From NCBI GenBank assembly GCA_022813865.1, contig JALDZX010000014.1:1-64000 (forward strand): a stretch of 64,000 nt of DNA, written 5' to 3'. The first letter of the stretch is position 1; each line of letters opens with the position of its first letter. Both the position numbers and the translations under genes were made by a program. The DNA comes from Xylographa opegraphella. Taxonomy: Eukaryota. The notes beneath the pieces are model-generated. The model was not told the DNA's origin. It saw only the letters and a list, made by a program, of their open reading frames with translations, and made no database searches. Shown here one piece after another: positions 1 through 12,149 of this stretch.

Positions 1-197
1 AAATCGTCCACCTAAAGCTTACGTTCTAGGCGTGCTTGCGTGGTGAGTTGATGAGCCGTAACACAAGGTATATATACTACTTTTTAAAATAGTATTAATT
101 TGTTGCTGGAAATGGTACATTCTTGTTATTATTTTTTTTAATAATCTTTTGTACTTGCTTGTTTTTGGTCTAAACTGATTTAATTATTATTTTTAAA

Positions 198-1082
198 TCA
201 AGATTCTGGATGGTTATCGTAGCTGCAAGCGAATGGTTTACTGCACGATCTCCGTCGCTGTCGGAGCCGCTTGTATGGCTGTCGAGCGTTCGTTCGTGGA
301 AATGGGTATTTCAGCTCGTGCGATTGCCGCGAATGCCAGAAGGGTGAATGGGAGACCCACAAGACCTTGTTGTACGAGCACTGCGAGTGCTGTACCGGCA
401 AAGAGTCGACCGGCCATCAGCGGAGCCGTTGAGGATGCTCCTGAAACATAACCTCTGCCGCCCCCACGGCCCTTTTGATCGACATCCAAACCGAGGAGTA
501 CGCTGCTTGTGATGTTGAAATATATCGCTATGGTGGACGCGTTCGTAATGGTGCTCGCTTGAGCGAGTACCGGAAGAGTGAAAAGGGCCATAGCAAGGAA
601 GCCGAGAGCTTGCCAGACGGTCATGGCAAAGACCGCAGCCGCAACCCGCATGGATACAGGCAGGCTTCGAGCAGCAGAAGTGTGATCACCCACACGACCT
701 TTACCGCCACTTCCGCTTCCGATACTACTTCCTGTTACCACTGCCGTCTCCGCCATCATCTCCAGCTCCATCTCCACCCGCGTCTCCACCCCCGTCTCCA
801 CCCCCATCTCCACCTCCTCCGTGCCCACCACTACCCCCACTACCACCCTTCTTGTCGGGGAGGGGCTGAAGATAAGTGTTGTTTCCGGGAGTTGTCGCCT
901 GAGTGATGACGGATACAGCTTCCGCCCTATATTTCGATTCTATGATAGAGCTCTTTAAAGGATAATGTTCGGACATTGTGGAGTTCACAACCTCAGGCCG
1001 AACACCAGCGGGGGAAACATTTTGTTTGTGCTAAAGTGATGCCGGCACCACTGATGATGATGAGGAAATAAGATAGCTGCAT
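198..1082 (-). pseudogene. Frameshifted secreted/membrane modular Gly-rich protein (uncharacterised)
   Basis: ATG at 1082 opens a signal peptide (MQLSYFLIIISGAGITLA). Removing one base in the A-run at ~1020 joins ORF 725..988. A second 1-nt shift at ~730 joins ORF 238..846 within one Gly-rich tract. The sequence decays into an AT-rich stretch below ~200. Confidence 0.55.
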
Positions 1083-1418
1083 GGTGCAGATGGCCACGAA
1101 GGAAGACAAGTAAATCCGTATGATGAAATGTTCACGATCTGTGAGTTGGGACGAGAAATAATAAAATTGAGAGTATTCCGAATGTGAGATCACGGTGTTG
1201 AGGCCCACTTACAAGAGACTTCAAGAAGCGAACTTGAAGATGTATGCAGAAAGAAGACAAGAGAAGGGAAATGCATAACTTCTTTGTACGATCATACAGA
1301 TAGACTCACCGAGTTCGTTGTTCTCAAAGTTATTATAGCAAACAAAGCCATTCACAAGAATCAATGACACAAAGTTCAGATGTGTGGTGAATGATGGCGT
1401 TGGGAGTCTGTCAATCTG

Positions 1419-2777
1419 TCAAACGTCAAGAGACCATACTTTCACAACACCATCATCTCCAGTACTGAGAATAACTTCTTCATCATCGTGAGTCTTGCCC
1501 CTATCTGCTCTCGGAGCCCAGCAAACGTGGTTTATCTCAAAGACACCATGTGCACCCTCTAGTTCGAGAATGACAATCCATTCAGTCGGAACTTCTGTAT
1601 CGTGGTTTATATCCATGACGTTCTCATCCCCTATTGAAGACCGAGCTCCGTTAGACTCTCCATTGACCACTGAGTCCGCCGTGGTTGGAACTTCAACTTG
1701 TCCAACCCCAGACTTCCATCTTTCTTCGTAGACGACGATCTTTCCATCCCCTCCAGTGCTTACAACTCTTCCCGTTCTGTGACTCCAAGCTACTGCATAT
1801 ATCGCTCGTTGATGAGTCGACGGTAACCGTGCTTCCTCAACCCATTCTTCCTCACTGCTTCCTGTTCTGATGATACTCAATGGATTCTGCGCTGGTCCCT
1901 TTTCCCGCGGCTTCCTTCTCCATACTCTGATGGTCTGATCGTCCGAGCAGCTCACGAGCCTTGGCCCCGACTTTTCTCGTCTCCTGGCCCACTCCTGCCC
2001 GCCCTCAAGCAGTGTCTTAACATCCATCTCTTTTCCACCAATTTTCATCTTGACACCCTCCCAGCTGACAGCCCAAACCGTGCTCTCATGTCCTCGCAGT
2101 ACAGCCACGCAACCCCAATCATCTACCTCCTCCCTCCAAAGCCTAATCTCGTCATCGTAGCTCCCACTGGCTAGCATTTCCTCCTCTGGATGCCATGCCA
2201 CGCACTTGACATCAGCCGTATGCTCCTGCAGGACTGCTATAGTCTCGAAGTCATCTTCTCCCACCTCTTCCCATATCCACACACTTTTATCTCGCGAACA
2301 TGTCGCCAGGAAGTTCCCACCGGCTGACCAATCAACAGACTTCACTTCCGAATCATGCCCATCAAGCACCAAGGCAAAGCGCCACTCTTCGTCTTCGTCC
2401 GCGTTATCCGTATCTCCTTTATCGGTGAAGTCCAATTCTCTTTCTGGTCGTGGGTTCAGGTCCCCTAATTCCCACCGTTTCCACACGCCCACACTTGCAT
2501 CGAAGCTCCCGGTTGCAAGGACACTTTCGCCCTTGACACCGGGCTTCCAAGCACAGGAGCGTACGCTGCGTTTATGACCGCCGGATATAGTGGAAAGAAG
2601 TGTGAAGGAAGTGAGAGAATAGATGCGGACTGATTTGTCTGAGGAACAGGTCGCGACTATAGGAAGGGAAGGGTGGGGAGCTGTAAGCCAAGCGCGAGAG
2701 AGCGACGGTGGTGTAAGAGGAGACAGGAGATTCAGATGTCCTGGCCCAACATCAGGGAAGGATAAAGAGGTGGACAT
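1419..2777 (-). CDS. CIA1: Cytosolic Fe-S assembly WD40 protein Cia1
   Basis: Intronless WD40 ORF with HKRSVRSCAW, LATGSFDASVGVW, GHDSEVKSVDWS, ATCSRDKSVWIWE, EHTADVKCVAWHP and AHGVFEINHVCW. The first ATG is at 2777 (MSTSLSF). Confidence 0.93.
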   Translation of the reverse strand: MSTSLSFPDVGPGHLNLLSPLTPPSLSRAWLTAPHPSLPIVATCSSDKSVRIYSLTSFTLLSTISGGHKRSVRSCAWKPGVKGESVLATGSFDASVGVWKRWELGDLNPRPERELDFTDKGDTDNADEDEEWRFALVLDGHDSEVKSVDWSAGGNFLATCSRDKSVWIWEEVGEDDFETIAVLQEHTADVKCVAWHPEEEMLASGSYDDEIRLWREEVDDWGCVAVLRGHESTVWAVSWEGVKMKIGGKEMDVKTLLEGGQEWARRREKSGPRLVSCSDDQTIRVWRRKPREKGPAQNPLSIIRTGSSEEEWVEEARLPSTHQRAIYAVAWSHRTGRVVSTGGDGKIVVYEERWKSGVGQVEVPTTADSVVNGESNGARSSIGDENVMDINHDTEVPTEWIVILELEGAHGVFEINHVCWAPRADRGKTHDDEEVILSTGDDGVVKVWSLDV

Positions 2778-3442
2778 AGCGTAGAGTGCATCAAGAGAAG
2801 TTGATATTATTTCGGAAATGTAAAGGACGAAAAAGATCGTCAGGCCATTGTGGATTAATACAGATAAAAACAGTGGATGTTGATATTCTCTGTCAAAGGC
2901 ATTCCTTCTTAGGACGAAACCCAATACGAACAGCCTCTTCTCAAAGGTGGCTTGGTGGATATCAGTTTTCTCCCATTAGCACTGAGAACTTCGCGTCATA
3001 GGCTAGTTACAGTAGCAATTTATCCTTGCAAGCCGCAATTGCCGCGCATCAACGGGCTGACAGTCGGATTTTAGCAACGAGACCCACCTTAAACAAAGTT
3101 CCAGGGGGACAGGTCCACTAAAACAATGCCCTGTCGTGCCTATGTTAAGGCACCTTAACCTTGTCGTAACTTGTATTCAAAATCGTTTTTAAGCTTTCCT
3201 GCGTCCGCTGAGATGCAGCGAAACATGCTTGCGACGAGATTGCACTCTCTATTCACATGAAAAGTAATTTCCTGAGTTGATCTTACAGGATGACCTTGTT
3301 ATTTGCAGAAATAGTCTACACAACACCGCGTGATGTGCTCATCTAGAGTCACCTGTCCAGTGTACAAAAAAAATGTGATAGCCAGCTTGACTTGAATCAA
3401 GCGCGCTATCAGAATCCTCCCCTCTTTCTTACCGCCATAATC

Positions 3443-4266
3443 ATGGCTTCATCATTCTCGCTGGAACTTGCACCGGAGCTTCTCATTTACATATTCCGTT
3501 CGTTCGACAGCCTGCGTGATGTCTCACACCTTGCTGCTACTTCCCGAGTCTTCCGTGAGATATTCTTGACCAATGCAAATTCCATCTACTCTGCAGTTGG
3601 TCCACGTCATACACCGCTCTTCAATGAGGCTCAAGCACTGTTAGACGCGCAAGACGATAAGGCTATCAGTCAGGGCGAACCAGCACCATCGACCGCGAAT
3701 GAAGCAGCCGCCATACGTATGATACGGCTGGGACTGAATGAGAGAATACTTTCGAGATTTGTCCGGTTCTTCGCGAACGACTGCTTTTGGTTCGGTATGC
3801 GGCACTCTCGATATTGGACACTACTCGTTCAAGAATGTCTCCTGAACTAATATCACTACCAGCACCCATGGTGAACACTCGACAGCCACCTTCAGTCACA
3901 GGCCCCGAAGTCATACGATTTAAGCACGCTTACTATGGTTTATGGACTCTGATGGAGCGCATGCCGCTAACGCTTAACGCGTTACTGGCTACGACAAGCG
4001 CGCGCGAATTCGTCCGGCTAAGTGACGTTCTGGTGTGGGTATGCGCCAGATTCGATAATCATGACACTAAATACCAGCCTTTCGCTTACAAGAAATGGGA
4101 GACTTTGCAAAACTTGTTCCAAGCGAGTGTCGAATGCGGAAACGTGTACTTCTATGACATGCCGGATTCGTATCACGAGGAGCCTCGGCTGCCGTCTTGG
4201 ATGCCGTGGAGTGTGTGGGACGAGTTTCAGGAACAATACGTTGACATGATACCCGATATGGTCTAA
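3443..4266 (+). CDS. F-box-like domain protein
   Basis: N-terminal LELAPELLIYIFRSFDSLRDVSHLAATSRVFREI is F-box-like. Intron 3795..3862 (GTATGC..CTAAT..CAG) joins ORFs 3392..3850 and 3787..4266 in frame. Confidence 0.75.
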
Positions 4267-4674
4267 TACTGGTGTCGGATCTTGGAAAGCACGCTGAGTC
4301 CGGTTTCTCGGCCTACACCGCACCCAACGATACAAGAAAGACTGCTGTCTCTAGCACTGTGTAGTTGTGTGATTATTGTGGCACGAGTGAGTCCAGACTC
4401 CTTGTGTATTCCACAGTGATATGGAACTTACTATCCAGTAGCCCTCTCACTCGGCTTCCTTCTTCGAGCTTACGAATCGTGGCGAGGTTAAGGTCCGATG
4501 TTCTTTGCACTTGCGCTTGAAGCTTTGACATGTTGTGTAATAGCAATGAAGCGATAATATTCGAGTAGCACCTTCCCTTTTTTTCAGAAATTCTCGGACA
4601 ATTCATATCTGTCCCATTAAATTCCGTGATCTTCTCAGTCGTATGCCAACCTAGGGATACCTCAGTGGCCGTCC

Positions 4675-6019
4675 TCACACCTTCTCGAAGTGTTCCTCCG
4701 TCCCCTTCCTCACCGGGAAAGCCCTTTCCCTCAGCCGCCTATTCCCAAACCACTCACTATTGACCACGCTATCGTCCCCCGTGTACACAAAAACATCATA
4801 CAAGAAGCCCCCAAATACACATCCACAAAACGGTGAGACCATGGGTATCTACACCGGAAAATCAGCACCGACGCTCCAGCCAGCCTCCCACCAGAAACAC
4901 ACTTACCCAGAAATAGTATCCCCCCGCACTCCAAACCTGACTGCCATAGCCGAGCGCATAACTCATCAGGCGCGGCCCAAAATCTCTTGCCAGATTCAAA
5001 GCATATCCCGTCTCGAAGCCGAAGCACGCTCCTAGTCCAAAGATCAAAAAGAACAGCATCAACGGAAACAAGTTCCCCGCCCCGAGATTCGAGTCATCTT
5101 TCAAGGCAAAGATCATGAACATGAGCAGGGTGCTGGCGATGAACTCGGAGAAAAACATGCTCGCGCGCGGCAGGAATGACTGCGGGTACGTGCAGAAGAT
5201 GCCGGCGGTGGCGGTCTTGGAGGGGGGCACGGTGCGCACGCCGTCGCCTTCGATGTTGTCGATGGCGGCGATGTAGTTGGCGTACACGACCCCGGCGGCG
5301 CAGAAGCCGCCGAGGAACTGGGCGAGGAAGAAGATGGGGAAGCGTCGCCAGGGGAGCTTCCGAAAGAGGCAGTTGCTAAAGGTGACGGCGGGGTTGAGGT
5401 AGCTGGAGGGCAGTGAATATATGACAGTGGGCAGAGGAGGAGAGGAAGAAAAGGAGATGGGAAAGGCGTAACACACCCGCCTGAGTCGCCGGCGACGTAG
5501 ACCCCCAGCATCACGCCGATACCCCAGCTGCACGAAACCGTCATGTATTAGCACAATTCAGCCTCTCCACCAGTGAAAATAGCAAGACCGATGATGCCAG
5601 CGGACCTACCCCCAAGAGATCGACTGATACGACCCGTAGCCGTTCCCGCCCGGCGCACTCGCCTCCCCCGAGCTGAGCAGCACCTGTGCGACGCTGCCGT
5701 TGCCGAACATCACCATCACGAAGGTACCGAAAAACTCTGCGAAGAACTCCCGCAGCGCAAGGCGCGTTTGGCTCCAGAGTAGCTGGTGATGGTCCTGCTG
5801 CAGGTGGTGGTCCGCCACTGGGGGGTGCGGGTGTAGGCCGAGCGCTGTGCGGACGCGTTCGATGTGTGAGGACTTCGGCTCGAGGGCGGAGGTGTGGGAG
5901 GGAGGATTGGGGTTTGCGGGGCCGTTGGAAGGCTGGAAGGAAGGGGTGGTTGGGGTGGAGGATATGGGCACGATGTAGTCGGGGAGCGGGGATTGGTGGT
6001 ATTGGGATTGGGGAGGCAT
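4675..6019 (-). CDS. Aquaglyceroporin (MIP family, Fps1/GlpF-like)
   Basis: AEFFGTFVMVMFGNG, YLNPAVT, TAGIFCTYP, GFETGYALNLARDFGPR, IPMVSPFCG. Three introns at about 5530-5609, 5404-5478 and 4849-4905. Ends ...EEHFEKV*. Confidence 0.92.
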
Positions 6020-7604
6020 TGTGTAGAGCAATTGGGAGCGGTTTAAACGATGCTTCTGAGACGGGAGAGCTCTTTTGTGGTCGGACTCAATTGCTGTAGA
6101 ATCGAGCTATAGAGACCAAGATGCGTTGCGAACTGTACGCTCTCATTCATGTGCAAGATAGCAATGCCAGTAAAACAGCTTTTTGGAAAGAGAAAGTCCG
6201 GCAAACACAATTAAGTAGTAAGAACGACCGACAATGAGAGCGCTTCAGAGTACGATTCGCACTCAATCGCAGTCGTACATAATATCAAGCTATGACGATG
6301 GTGGGGAAGCGTCGTTGGACCGGGGAAAGTGACACGGATCAGCAATATCCCCGCACGCACGGCTATCGAGTCCGCGTTGTGCGTTCGACGTCAGGTTGCT
6401 GCGTACCTTTATCCTATCCATTTGTCTGGATTAATAATTGAAGCACAAGACTTTGCGGTTGCATGTTTTAGCGATTGTTGCATTACACAGAAACGTCGCC
6501 TCTCGGCTTGCGATTTGACTTTCGCGCGACGTCGGATTTAGGGCTTCCGCCGAGGGCATGCATTGTTGATTCCACGCTGCTTCTTTCATGGAGATGTCCG
6601 GTACCCACAGGCTGACGAATATCGTTCCAATGGATCGGTAACACTTGACAGAATCAGCATTCTTCCATCAATGATAAAGCTGCCATATGAGATGACAAGA
6701 TACGTAGATCTGTGAGACACTTCCCCACCTCCTAAAGTCATCTTGCTGCCCTATTTAGAGACTCTCCTATCAACGAAGGTCGGGTATGCATAGAAGAGCG
6801 AAGAAAGCAGTGGCTCTGCTGGATCTCTATCTCCACAAGCGTTCATGATATCTTCGATCGTGTCTGTATTCGGACCATCGAATACTCGTGGAGTGACATG
6901 CCATGGACTCCAGCGCAAATGAAGCCACCGGTACGTTGGTGGTCAAGATAGCTATAGCAGCATGTCGGGTGCGAACATGCCACTTGAGGCAGTAGTGAGT
7001 TGGTTCTCGAAAAAGGGCTCCTCCGGCACTGTGTATCCGGAACCGGCGTCTTACCTGTATGTCTCAAAGAAATGCATCCTTATCGGCGTTGCCATTGGCT
7101 CGAGTGGGGCGTACAATGCGAGCTTGCTCTTCACCCCCTTGGATCCACTCTCAAGATTCCGTAGGAACATACTCTTTGTTCCTGTAGCTCCAGTTTTCCC
7201 AGGATGTGTCCCTCTCCAACTTCCCTAATTGTGTTTCCTTCCGGAGAGCTGCCATGATAGGCATTTGGTGCCACTGAATGCGCGGATGTCTCACGATGGG
7301 ACGAAATCTTTTCGGATGCTGCAGAGCTTGCCGCCTTATGAAAAGGTACACAACGGGGAGGTATGTGATACTTAAGGTTTTGCAAATAAAGTTGAGTCAG
7401 CTATGTAACATACTGGAATATATCTACGCTATTTACAGTACTATCCAAGCGCTCTCCATTTTTTACTGCGCCAATCAGAAAAGATTACATGCCGCCAGTG
7501 AGCACAATGATTTGGAAAGCTTGGAAAGGTGATTGAGCCTCAAGGTGAAACCTCCCGGAGTGCTCTCATCCGCCTAGTCTCGACGCCCGAATGTGGTATA
7601 CAGC

Positions 7605-9632
7605 CTAGCCGGCTTCCCCACTCGCCTTGGTATCCGTGGATGTGCTCTCTGCCCGCGAACCATCCTCCCACATCGTGCCTAAATCAGGCATTGAAACGGA
7701 CTGGGGACGGCTGCTCGGATGGTCAGAGCATTGGTCGCTAGCGATACACGGTTCGGAAACGAGTTGCTTAGATTCCGTGGGCTGCAGGTAGAGAATCGGC
7801 GACCACGTCCACCAGTGGAGGACGATGATATGTGCGAGCCGCTGTCCCATGTCGTGGAGACCGCTACGCTGTGGACTAGCCCGTGGGAAGGCGGCGGTTG
7901 GGTGGTAGTGGTTGAGGATTTGCAGCGGTGTCAGGGTCGATATGGTTTCCAATTCATCATCGACGATATCTTCCAGCTCGCTGCAGAGGTTGCATTCGAG
8001 CTGCTGGTACATGGTGGAGTTAACATCCATTGCGTGCATTAGATAGGACTTCGCCGCTGCTACGTGCTTGTCGCTGGGCAGAGACGAGAGACCGCACGCG
8101 GCGTAGGCGGTCCTTACGATCTCCAGGACGGTGTCTTCAGATTTCATCAATGATTCGCCAGTTGCACATAGATACTCTTCAATCCCAAGTATACGGTGCA
8201 ACAAACCCTGATATATGCTCGACGGCGGATTGGCTATGTAACCCAATAATCCCAAAATATGATCGAAGGCTTTGCCACACAGTTCTTGGCCGATGTGATT
8301 CTGAAACTCTGCTTGCAGAGCTCGAAGCCGGTCGTTATCAAATACAAATGTCGTAGGAAAACATGGTTCGTTTCCAATCACCAAATCAATCACGGCTCTC
8401 GCAAATACCGAGCGGCAAGCTTCGAGGCTCTCCGGCTGCTGAGGCTCATGCTGGACAGCTGAGTCGTACCAAAGACGTGCTTCCTCCACCTGCATACCAG
8501 ATTGTATTCTCCCCAGGAAGTATCTTTGCTGGAACTGGACTGTATCGTCGATCATGAGGAGCTTGAGTTCTCTGATCTGGTGATTGGCAACGTCCTGCGA
8601 AGACCATCAGTATTCATACCCATTTTTATTCAGTACATAGGAGCTTACCAGCTTCATGATCTCTAGTATACTGAAAAGTTGATCGATACCGCTCACTATC
8701 CCTTGCACATCTTGGTCTATTACAGCTTGCTGAACAGTTTCCACCATTTTTAATACGGTTGGATCGCGACAAGGAGAGCAAGAGCCCATCAAGAGCGTGC
8801 CAAGCCACCCGATCAAGCCGTTCAGGTCACACACGCCCTTATCCAGCTGCTGCATGATGAAGTCGACATCAAGTACCTGCTCTATCGAGAACCACTCTGC
8901 TTCTGGAACAAGCGACTTAAGAATGTCACGTAGAACGTAAAACATCTTAGGTAACCTTCGTGTCGTCGTCTGTGTAGAGACAGAAGGACACAAGTCTGTG
9001 TGTGAGGTGGAGAAGTTGGGTGTGAATGGTGGGTGCTGATGTCTTCGTCCGACGTATGTTGCTAGCTCCATGGCCAACGCTGTCCAGTACGCGCGAGCCA
9101 TGGCCCTTTTCAGCTCCCCTTTGAGTCCATAGTAATTTGGGCGAAAAGCTATCTTAACCTCAAAATTAAGGTCATGTCGCAATTTTGAGTCGTTGATTAT
9201 TCTTCTGAGATCAAGTTCGCTCAGTGAAGCCTTCGTGATGGGAGGTTCTATACTCGCAAGTCGGAGCTGATCTGCGCAACGATCTGTCGCGACCGAATGA
9301 TGAGGTGGCATGGTAGCAGGTCCAAGCTCGCAGGAAAGACTCTCTAGGTTTGATGACTGAGGTTGCGTTGTATCTGGCGCGTGTTGTAGAACTGTAGAAC
9401 TTGCTATGGCTCTTGATTCCAGGCTAAACGAAGCGGTCCTGATCGCCCGACCACGACCTCGGCGCCCGTTCCTTCGTGGCTTCAAGAGATGTGCCGACGA
9501 TGTTCTCGACCTGTATGGAGCCTTCCCAGTATCTGACTCTGATGAAGGGCTCGAGTTGTCTCGTTCCGAATATTGCCGTACCATCCCGCTAGAACGTTTG
9601 AACTGGGTTCTGGCTTCTGCGTGCTTCGTCAT
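7605..9632 (-). CDS. T-complex 11 / SOK1-like protein
   Basis: PPITKASLSELDL, KLRHDLNF, LDVDFIMQQLDKG, CSPCRD, LEIMKL|DVANHQIR, FPTTFVFDNDRL. One intron at about 8596-8649. Confidence 0.85.
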
Positions 9633-11322
9633 GGTCTTTGCAGATTCAAATGACTCTGTAGCAAAATGATGAAACTGTAGAGTTGTAGTTGAGGTGAGTC
9701 AGGGTGTCAGCCTGTCAACCATCTGTGATGTGAGCCTCGGGTCGCAAGAGTCAAGGATTCCAGTTGAGTAGGACGTTCAGAATGTTGAGCTATTCACTCC
9801 TAAACAGAGGCAGACTATTAGCTGTGTTTGATGCACGGATAAGCTACACTTTTTGCTTCACCGTGTTTGTAAGCTTATTTGGTAGTGTTACAGAGAATAT
9901 AAAGAGTCGCGGCTGGGTTGTTCCCGACGCAAACAGCCACGTTCATCTTTGTGTATAACCATCTTCAAACCAGATGAATGAGAATGCTAGAACAGAAAAA
10001 TCTGCTTGCGTAGTACATACTCTCAAAGATGGGCCATAGCAGAAATCAAGTACAGTTGGGTGTACTTCGTGGCGATACCGCAAGTAATGCTCGGACAACA
10101 GAATTCATCACAATGGAAAGAGAGCAATTTCACTTTCGCAATGACTGCAGCAGCTGCACTATTAATTCTAGCACAAAGCGCAACAATCGTATCGTAGAAG
10201 CAAAAATTGCAATACGATGCTTAGATATACTATGAATGAAAAATGAGGCAAACGTCAATTCTTGCATTCATTATAGGTGGGCAAAGACGACGCTCGAAAC
10301 CTCAGGAAACAGGGCGTCCAATTTCGGGATCCGCATTAAGTCCCTAGCATAGGGATGGAACTGCAGGCCGCAAGGTGGCCTGTCCTCTGATTAGCATCCC
10401 GGAAAGACTGCAAGAACCTATTGGGAATAACGAGGCTGATTGTAGGCGAAGACTTCGTTCGCTAGCAGGGCATGGAGCGACGGGAAACGCCATTCCCGTA
10501 AAGTCCTATTCCGGTGCAGACCAACTACTTGGCAGTTGGCACCAACATCAGATTGGTCCGAACAACACATCGTGCAGCCAGTATATAACGTGTAGCAGGA
10601 CCCTATAGATTTGAAGATGATTTTGCCAATGACTCTGTGCGCTTTGGCTACATGGGAATGAAAATTTGTGCCATAGAAATGATTAGCAGTTCATCCTGAG
10701 GGATTCTTACAGGATTACCAACGCGACACGGAATCCCTGCACGGCGATGAGGTTCACCGCTCTTTCCGGTCATCGAACACCCGGAGGTTGGCCCCGGCCA
10801 AATTTTGTGAGAGTATGTAAGGCCACGGTTCCCATGCCGATATCCGTCGAACAGCAAAAAGGAGGCCAATAATGTTTGTGTTGCACGGCGGATTCTAAGC
10901 CTCAAAAATGCGGATAGACAATGCTTGCGCGAGACCGAGAACGGCAAAAACATCGGCAACACGCTGCATGCTTTGTGTACAGGAGGATGCCACATTGGCG
11001 ATTAGGTAGATACGCTTATACAAATAGATATCAAGAAACCAAGCTGGCTGAGTACAAGGCCACGGTCGTGATTCTCAGGGCAACCAATCACAAAGCGGTT
11101 GTTGGATGTCATCACTACTGGCTTACGAAGCCAACTGAAGATCATCAACTCACTGTCTTGACCGCAGGGCCAAAAAAAATTGCGACCTTCCGAAGGATCG
11201 GTCGATGCTTTTTGCTTTATATAGAGAATCCCCGTTAGGCTGCAAGGCAAACTCTGTTCCTGGTGCCCTTTCGCCCTCTGCCTTGCCCGTTACAAAAGCA
11301 GCTGCAGCGCAAGATCCCAGTC

Positions 11323-11455
11323 TTGCCTCAGTCCCTCAGACGGGGCGCACTAGGCCCCTGTGGGTTAGTGCTTTGCCTGGTTGATCCCAAATCGTTAGTA
11401 AGTAGCACACTAACTCGCACAGGCCTAGTGCATCCCGACTGAGGAACTGAGGCAA
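11323..11455. repeat. Imperfect inverted repeat (hairpin) with ~50-bp arms
   Basis: The left arm TTGCCTCAGTCCCTCAGACGGGGCGCACTAGGCC..GTTAGTG matches the reverse complement of the right arm CACTAAC..GGCCTAGTGCATCCCGACTGAGGAACTGAGGCAA. Confidence 0.85.
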
Positions 11456-12149
11456 AGTTTTGGCGGTCTTAGTCATGGGACCACACTAACTCGAGGAGGC
11501 TTAGCGCATCAACTGAAATGTGTTGCGGCCGTGGCGGTCTCGAGCATAACCGTGGGTAGAAGATTGAACCGAGTTCGCTCATGACTGCTGTGTTTGTATC
11601 GCATCCAGAGCCATCAGTTATGAGTGTAGTCACTTACTCGCACCCGGAAACCCTTTTATTAGGGTCCTGTCATGACCGTTCTCGTCTTTGCATGCTACCC
11701 AGATGTAAAGCAGCTGCCCAGGTACTTTATCTATATGTCGATTGCCCATCTCATCGACCACCAGTTGAGGAGATTATCGCCGAGACAGCGGTATCGGTAC
11801 TGCATCTCTGTCTACGAAGCAGTGAAGAAGGCCAGCAGAATAGCTGATGCGTTGTATGGAGTAGTACCAAAGATTGCATGTCCAAATCGTGGCTTTCATC
11901 TCACTCGTCGTTACCTCACATAGCGATCACATCTTGCTACCGCTATATATCTTATTTCATATCATTCACGTTGTCTCGAATCAAATGTGCAAGGCTTAGC
12001 GTTTTGGGCGAGAACATATCTCACCGTCCAGTTCTCACATTCCACACACCACCTTTGGGCGCTCTAGCTCGAACGTCAACCTCTGACGTTGGGAAATCTC
12101 TTCGACGCTTCCTTTGTGACCGTTCTGTACTTGCCCTTCCTCTGTCGCT

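Noticed and set aside
3787..3862. Apparent frameshift in the F-box gene
   Set aside because: A canonical 68-nt intron restores the frame.
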